Source of the DNA: Gemmatimonadaceae bacterium
GTDB taxonomy: Bacteria > Gemmatimonadota > Gemmatimonadetes > Gemmatimonadales > Gemmatimonadaceae
Direction: 5' to 3'
NCBI GenBank assembly: GCA_051859245.1
Contig: JBHYGA010000005.1
Coordinates: 160,001 to 224,000 of the forward strand
DNA: 64,000 bases
Shown here: positions 58,535-64,000 of the stretch, one piece after another
Layout of the letters: every line of letters starts with the position of its first letter
Position numbering within the stretch: position 1 is the first letter of the stretch
Made by a program: the position numbers and the translations under genes
The notes under the pieces: generated by a model
Seen by the model: only the letters and a program-made list of their open reading frames with translations
Database searches by the model: none
Told to the model about the DNA's origin: nothing

Positions 58535-60394
58535 TTACGCGGCCTCAACCTGCTCCAGCAGCTGTTGACGACGCAGCAATTGTGTGTAACGCCCGTCACG
58601 TTTCATCAGCTCGTCGTGTGTGCCCTGTTCCACCACCGCGCCATCATCGAGCACCAGAATCCAGTCTGCATCGCGCACGGCGCTCACACGGTGTGACGCG
58701 ATAATGGCCGTGCGTCCCGACAGTGCGCCGCGCAGTCCGCGCAGAATCGCCGCTTCGGTTTGGGTGTCAACGGCCGACAGCGCGTCGTCGAGCAGTACCA
58801 CACGCGGTGAACGAGCCAGCGCCCGGGCGAGCGCCGTTCGCTGCTTCTGCCCACCAGACAGGTTGATACCACGTTCGCCGAGCGGCGTGGCAAAGCCCTC
58901 AGGCAGCGCCGAGACGGTATCGGCCAGCTGTGCAATCTGCGTGGCTTCTATGACCTCGGGAATCACATCGTCGCCGCGTGGCACCGCGTGTTCGGCGGTG
59001 TGCGTGACCGGCGCGGCTGCATCGACGGCGCCGATGCTCACAAGACGCCGTGCCTGATCGATTCCGTAGGCCACGTTCGTGCCAATCGTTTCGGAGAAGA
59101 GCAGCGTATCCTGCGGTACATATCCGATTTGTTCGCGCAGCGCGGACAGCGGCACGGAAGCGATTGGTACGTTGTCGAGCAACACCTCGCCACGCTGCGG
59201 TTCAAACAAACGCGGAATCAGATCGAGCAAGGCGCTTTTGCCGCTACCGGTGGCGCCAACAATCGCCAGCGTCTGACCTGCGCGCACCGTGAACGAGACA
59301 TCGCGCAGCACCCAACGTGGTTCGGCGGCAGCGTCCGGATACGCGAACCACACATTGCGAAACGTGATCGCGCGTCCGCCCGCGGCCGTGGGCAACGCGG
59401 CCGTTCCAGTGTCGTGCACCTGCAAAGGTTTCGCGTCAAGCAACTCCATCACACGCCCCATCGATGCGGCGCCGCGCTGAAAGAGATTGATCGTCCAGCC
59501 GAGCGCAATCAGCGGCCACGTGAGCATGGCGAGATAGATGCCAAACGCAACGAAGCCGCCCACGGTGAGCGTGCCGTCAATCAACTGATGTCCGCCGAGT
59601 CCCACGGTGATGGCACCACCCAATCCCGCCAGCAGTGCGAACCCGGGGTTCATCAAACCATTCAATTTGGCGAGGCGAAGATTGCGCTCGAGATATTCTT
59701 CGCCTGCTGCGGCAAAGCGTGCAATCTCCGCGTCTTCCTGCTGATACGCACGCACAATGCGCACGCCCGACAAGTTCTCCTGCGCACGCACCGACAGTGC
59801 ACTGAACTGTTCTTGCACGGCTTCAAAGCGCTGATGTACCGCGCGCCCAAGTTTGATCATCAGGAATGGCAATCCAATCATGGGCAGCAGCGCTGCACCC
59901 GTGAGCGACGGGCTGATTTGCACCATCATGATGAGCGCGAACAGCGCGCCAAAAATCGTGTTCACGAAATACATGATGGCCGGCCCGGTGGCCATGCGTA
60001 CCGCTTGCACGTCGTTGGTGAGACGCGCCATTAAATCGCCCGTGCGCATGCGACCAAACCAGGCCGCGTCGAGCAGCAATAACCGGCTCAAAACGTCACG
60101 CCGCAGGTCCGTTTCAATACGTCGACTGATGCTGTTGAGCAGCTCCCGCATGCCAAACCGGAACGCACCCGCCACCAAAGCGGTGATCAGCATCACGGCG
60201 GCGATTGGCCATAAGTCACCAGATTGAGGGGTGCCTTCCATGGCATCGATTGCCCGGCGCAAGAGCGCGGGAATCGAGTTTGCCGCTGCCGACGCCGCGA
60301 CCACGAACACCAGGCCGAGCGTAACGCCCCGTTTGTACGGGCGAAAGTATGGGAGCAGGCGTCGCAGGGCGACGCGGGTTGGCACAGATTGCAC
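58535..60394 (-). CDS. ABC exporter, fused permease and ATPase
   Basis: TM domain; GATGSGKS, LSGGQKQR, LLDDALSAVD; start uncertain (GTG 60394 or 60385). Confidence 0.95.
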   Translation of the reverse strand: MQSVPTRVALRRLLPYFRPYKRGVTLGLVFVVAASAAANSIPALLRRAIDAMEGTPQSGDLWPIAAVMLITALVAGAFRFGMRELLNSISRRIETDLRRDVLSRLLLLDAAWFGRMRTGDLMARLTNDVQAVRMATGPAIMYFVNTIFGALFALIMMVQISPSLTGAALLPMIGLPFLMIKLGRAVHQRFEAVQEQFSALSVRAQENLSGVRIVRAYQQEDAEIARFAAAGEEYLERNLRLAKLNGLMNPGFALLAGLGGAITVGLGGHQLIDGTLTVGGFVAFGIYLAMLTWPLIALGWTINLFQRGAASMGRVMELLDAKPLQVHDTGTAALPTAAGGRAITFRNVWFAYPDAAAEPRWVLRDVSFTVRAGQTLAIVGATGSGKSALLDLIPRLFEPQRGEVLLDNVPIASVPLSALREQIGYVPQDTLLFSETIGTNVAYGIDQARRLVSIGAVDAAAPVTHTAEHAVPRGDDVIPEVIEATQIAQLADTVSALPEGFATPLGERGINLSGGQKQRTALARALARSPRVVLLDDALSAVDTQTEAAILRGLRGALSGRTAIIASHRVSAVRDADWILVLDDGAVVEQGTHDELMKRDGRYTQLLRRQQLLEQVEAA

Positions 60395-60490
60395 CAGTCT
60401 GATGTATGATACAGGGTGGCTCGACGAGTTCTCACGCCGACTGTCGGCGCGAGCGGTGGACTGTCTCACAATACGAAGGAGAATCAGCAC

Positions 60491-61348
60491 ATGCGTGAAT
60501 ATACCCGTGGGAAACGTGGTACCTGGGCGAGCGTTGCGGCCCTGACGCTGGTGCTTGCCACCGCCGCGTGCGGTGGCGACAAGACGAACGACCTGGCGAC
60601 CGACGACGCACTCGGCCGTGATCTCGCGCTCGCGGGTCAGGATTCCGTGCAGCCGCAGTTGCAGGACGTGCCGGTGCAGGAGCCGCCCGCTGTTGCGCCC
60701 GTCACCCCAACGCCGGCACCAGCACCCGCGCCGCGGCCCACTACGCCGCGTCCGCGTCCAACGCCGCCGGTCGCAACCACACCAGCGCCGAAGCCCGCGC
60801 CTGAGCCGGTTGCTCCAAAGGAAGGCGCGATCGCCAGCGGCACGACGATGCGTTTTGTCTCGAACACCAAGGTGTGCTCAGGCGCGCAGAACATTGGCGA
60901 CAAGTTCACGGCACGTTTGAGTGGCGATGTGACCGGTACGAACGGTGCGTCGTTGCCCGCGGGTTCAACCGGCACGTTCGAAGTGGTGTCGGCCAAGCGC
61001 GCGCAGAATCAGAACGACAATACGTACCTCACCGTGCGTCTCGTGTCGGTAACGGTTGATGGCAACGTGTATCCGGTGCAGGCCACCACGGAAACCGCAG
61101 CGACGGAGCGGGTGCGTGGTGCGACCAAGGCAACGGACGCCAAGAAAGTGGCGGGTGGCGCAATCCTTGGTGCCATCGCCGGTCAGATTCTCGGTAAGGA
61201 CACCAAGAGCACGGTCGTTGGTGCCGCCGCTGGTGCCGCAGCCGGTACGGCTGCCGCCGTTGGTACCGCCGACTTTGATACTTGTCTGAACTCGGGCGCA
61301 CTGGTCACCGTGCAGCTTGATCAGCCGGTCACGGTCAAAATCGGCTAA
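60491..61348 (+). CDS. Lipoprotein with Pro-rich linker and glycine zipper
   Basis: aaggag SD; TAAC lipobox; GGAILGAIAGQILG...GAAAGAAAG. Confidence 0.85.
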   Translation: MREYTRGKRGTWASVAALTLVLATAACGGDKTNDLATDDALGRDLALAGQDSVQPQLQDVPVQEPPAVAPVTPTPAPAPAPRPTTPRPRPTPPVATTPAPKPAPEPVAPKEGAIASGTTMRFVSNTKVCSGAQNIGDKFTARLSGDVTGTNGASLPAGSTGTFEVVSAKRAQNQNDNTYLTVRLVSVTVDGNVYPVQATTETAATERVRGATKATDAKKVAGGAILGAIAGQILGKDTKSTVVGAAAGAAAGTAAAVGTADFDTCLNSGALVTVQLDQPVTVKIG

Positions 61349-61366
61349 CGCCGCTCTCTGTTAAAG

Positions 61367-61405
61367 AAGCCCCGACCATCTCCAATGATGGTCGGGGCTT
61401 TTTTT
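61367..61405 (+). terminator. Intrinsic terminator, possibly bidirectional
   Basis: aagccccgaccatc-tccaat-gatggtcggggctt followed by a T-run; A-rich 5' side. Confidence 0.9.
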
Positions 61406-61410
61406 CTTCC

Positions 61411-61457
61411 ATCTCAGTTGCTCTGCTTCGCGAAGGACGCGAAGAAGAGCAACAGAT
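61411..61457. repeat. Short family B palindrome
   Basis: Shares cgcgaaggacgcgaagaagagcaac with 29579-29603; gttgctctgcttcgcg pairs with cgcgaagaagagcaac. Confidence 0.8.
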
Positions 61458-61482
61458 ATCTTGGGAGGGCTTTGCGCCGGCG

Positions 61483-63306
61483 TTAGTGCCCCGACGCGCC
61501 GCCTGATCGACGCGGTTCTGGGACGCCTTCCCAACCGCCCTTCACGCGCATGATGGCGTTCACGTTCACGAGCGCACGCACTGGCTGCAGCGCCCAACCC
61601 ATCGCGCGCAGTGAATCGGCGACTGCGGTGGTCATGCCGCCTGTTTCGTAGCGCAGTGAATCGGGCAGCGCCTGATGATGCAAACGTGGCGCGCGCATCG
61701 CGTCCGCGAGATTCATGCGGTGATCGAGCACGTTGAGCACCACTTGCGATGTGCCGGTAATAATCGTGGGGCCGCCGGCGGCACCAACAACGAGCAACAC
61801 CTGACTCGCCGAATCGAGCACAATGGTAGGTGACATCGCGCTCAGCATGCGCTTGCCCGGCTGAATTGCGTTCTGCTCACCCTGCACGAGGCCGAACATG
61901 TTTGGCATGCCAGGCTGTGCCGCGAAGTCGTCCATTTCGTTGTTCAGAAAGAACCCCGCACCGCGTACCCACACACCGGAGCCCCAGCTGCCATTCAGCG
62001 TGGTGGTGGTGGCGACGGCGTTGCCCGCACGATCCACCACCGAGTAGTGCGTGGTGTTCATCGGTTCACGCAGCGGCGCCTTCATCATGCTGTCTACAGC
62101 TCGCGTTGGCGTGGCACGATCATCACGCACCGTGCTGCGCAACTGACGCGCGTACGTTTTGCTGATCAGCTGATCGAGTGGCACGCTGATAAAGTCTGGA
62201 TCACCGAGTTTGCTGTTGCGATCCACAAACGCGCGTTGGTAGGCACTGGCGACGGAGTGGTGCCACATGGTGCTGCCGTGCGGTGCGGTTCGCGGCCACG
62301 TTTCGAGAATGTTGAGTGACTCGGTCATCGTCACACCACCGCTCGACGACGGCGGCATGGCCAGCAGTGTAAAGCCGCGATACGTGGAGCGAATGGGTGT
62401 GCGTTCGCGCGGCTTGTACCCCGCGAGATCTTCGCGCGTGATGATGCCACCACCGCGCGACATCTCGGCCACGAGTGAATCGGCAACCCAGCCGCGATAA
62501 AACCCCTGCACGCCGTTGTCCGCAATGGCCTGCAGTGTGCGTGCGAGTTCTGGCTGCACCAAACGTGCACCGGTTGTCAGCGGTTGTCCGTTCGGAAAAA
62601 ACAGCGTCTTGCCCTCAAAGCGCGGAACCCGATCGGTGCCGCGAATCGAGCTCGCAAGCGCCGAGTCGACGACAAAACCATCGCGCGCAAGTTTGATGGC
62701 CGGCTGAATCACATCGCGCAACGACATCGTGCCGTAACGCTCCAGCGCGTGTGCCATGCCGGCCACTGCGCCCGGTACGCCCGACGCGAGATGTCCCACA
62801 ATGCTCTTGTCGGTGAGCTTGCCGTTGCTATCCAGATACATGTCGCGCGATGACGCCTTGGGTGCGATCTCGCGGTAATCAATGGCGGCGGTGCGTCCAT
62901 CGGCGAGTTTGATCACCATGTAACCGCCGCCGCCAATGTTGCCGGCTTCCGGCCACGTCACGGCCAGCGCAAACCCGAGTGCCACGGCGGCGTCCACCGC
63001 ATTGCCGCCACGCTTGAGAATTTCGGCGGCCGCATCACTCGCGTGCGTACTGTTGCTCACGGCCATCGCATTCGGCGCGAACGTGGCCTGCGCACCCGCA
63101 GGCAGGCGCCACGTACTGGGGAACTGCGCCGCCACACGTGGGGCAATGCGTGGATCACCTGGTGCGCGTGACACACCACTGACGCCGGCCGACGCACCAC
63201 TGCTCATGCTCGTGCTCGATTGCGACGAACTGTACGAGCACGCAGACAACGCAACCGTATGACACACCACGAGCACCGCGAACGCGCGGCGAACAAACTG
63301 GCTCAT
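61483..63306 (-). CDS. ggt: Gamma-glutamyltransferase
   Basis: GGNAVDAAVA, PEAGNIGGGG, autocleavage NTTHYSVVD, LNNEMDDF, KRMLSAMSPT; LSAC lipobox. Confidence 0.97.
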   Translation of the reverse strand: MSQFVRRAFAVLVVCHTVALSACSYSSSQSSTSMSSGASAGVSGVSRAPGDPRIAPRVAAQFPSTWRLPAGAQATFAPNAMAVSNSTHASDAAAEILKRGGNAVDAAVALGFALAVTWPEAGNIGGGGYMVIKLADGRTAAIDYREIAPKASSRDMYLDSNGKLTDKSIVGHLASGVPGAVAGMAHALERYGTMSLRDVIQPAIKLARDGFVVDSALASSIRGTDRVPRFEGKTLFFPNGQPLTTGARLVQPELARTLQAIADNGVQGFYRGWVADSLVAEMSRGGGIITREDLAGYKPRERTPIRSTYRGFTLLAMPPSSSGGVTMTESLNILETWPRTAPHGSTMWHHSVASAYQRAFVDRNSKLGDPDFISVPLDQLISKTYARQLRSTVRDDRATPTRAVDSMMKAPLREPMNTTHYSVVDRAGNAVATTTTLNGSWGSGVWVRGAGFFLNNEMDDFAAQPGMPNMFGLVQGEQNAIQPGKRMLSAMSPTIVLDSASQVLLVVGAAGGPTIITGTSQVVLNVLDHRMNLADAMRAPRLHHQALPDSLRYETGGMTTAVADSLRAMGWALQPVRALVNVNAIMRVKGGWEGVPEPRRSGGASGH

Positions 63307-63381
63307 GTGAAACTCGGGCGGGAGATGAAGGTGGGAAACAGCAGAGGATCAGGAGTGAACCATGTGAAAATCAACGGCACA

Positions 63382-64000
63382 TCAGCGACGTGATCCCAGT
63401 CCATAACGAAGCGTCACGCGTGTGTTGCGCGTGCTGTAGGTGCGTTTGGTGTTCTCGGGCAACTGATCCCCACTGTGCCACGCGATACCAAAGTCCTGTA
63501 CAAACGCGAGATGAAAGTCGTTGGAGAGTGCGAAGCCGAGTCCGTAACCGATGCCGGCGGTGACATCGAATGTGTTTTCCACCGGCAATGCCACGCCGTC
63601 TGATTTCACGCGCATGTTGCGAAAGCCGATCACACCGCCGGTGGCTTCAACAATCTGGTACAGCCCCTCGGCCGCGTTGCCGCCGCGCAGCACGCCCTGA
63701 ATGCCCATCAGGTCCACCTGTCCGGTGCACCCCGTAAACTGGCATTGCGTGGCTGACGTTGGATCCGGTGGGAGGGGAGCGTCTACGCCGTTGACACCCG
63801 CGAGCGGCCGATACTGAAAATCCACCGTGCCGTAGTTCACCGCGATACCCAGCGTGGTCGTGGGCTGAATGGCCTTCTCCAGCGTGCCACGCATCTGCCA
63901 GCGCGGGTCGCCCCCAAAGTCCCACGTGGACCCTGACTTGCCGTCATTCACCGCGCCCAGCCCGGCGACCACCGCACCGCCGCTGAGCCACCAGTTGCTC
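63382..64000 (-). CDS. Hypothetical protein, possible outer-membrane beta-barrel, 5'-partial
   Basis: Frame open to the window edge; alternating beta-strand pattern ending TRVTLRYGLG. Confidence 0.6.
   Translation of the reverse strand, partial: SNWWLSGGAVVAGLGAVNDGKSGSTWDFGGDPRWQMRGTLEKAIQPTTTLGIAVNYGTVDFQYRPLAGVNGVDAPLPPDPTSATQCQFTGCTGQVDLMGIQGVLRGGNAAEGLYQIVEATGGVIGFRNMRVKSDGVALPVENTFDVTAGIGYGLGFALSNDFHLAFVQDFGIAWHSGDQLPENTKRTYSTRNTRVTLRYGLGSRR

Noticed and set aside
1..64000. tRNA, rRNA or classical riboswitches
   Set aside because: No cloverleaf, rRNA or known aptamer consensus recognised by eye; an Infernal/Rfam scan is needed to exclude them.

Overview
High-GC bacterial chromosomal window, most likely Gemmatimonadota (inferred from protein signatures; not verified by search). 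1-16.1 kb: 3' part of fusA, tuf, and the S10 and spc ribosomal protein operons through secY-adk-map, without the infA-rpmJ-alpha operon that usually follows. 16.4-54.1 kb: mostly housekeeping genes (ftcD, suhB-like, trpS, pilT, dapA-like, purA, ypdA, glyQS, a TonB receptor, a MoxR-DUF58-BatA operon headed by a possible ubiquitin-like protein, HDAC, CorA, Ser/Thr kinase, dipeptide epimerase, priA, aminotransferase, YceI, Fur, CcdA). 54.2-57.0 kb: an IS3 element interrupted by an IS30 element, inserted into a palindromic repeat. 57-64 kb: two ferritin-like genes, an ABC exporter, a lipoprotein, ggt and a partial gene. No rRNA, tRNA or CRISPR seen. Best candidates for new biology: (1) a lower-GC three-gene cassette at 18.0-20.2 kb (LuxR-type HTH, lipoprotein with a bacteriocin-like Gly/Ala-rich C-terminus, four-helix membrane protein) that looks like a pro-toxin/immunity module; (2) a mimic of the 16S rRNA S8-binding site directly upstream of rpsH; (3) the nested repeat/IS3/IS30 structure; (4) palindromes built from 8-9 bp units, one arm of which is translated in-frame inside ypdA. 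Many start codons were moved downstream of the ORF-track starts by judgement.
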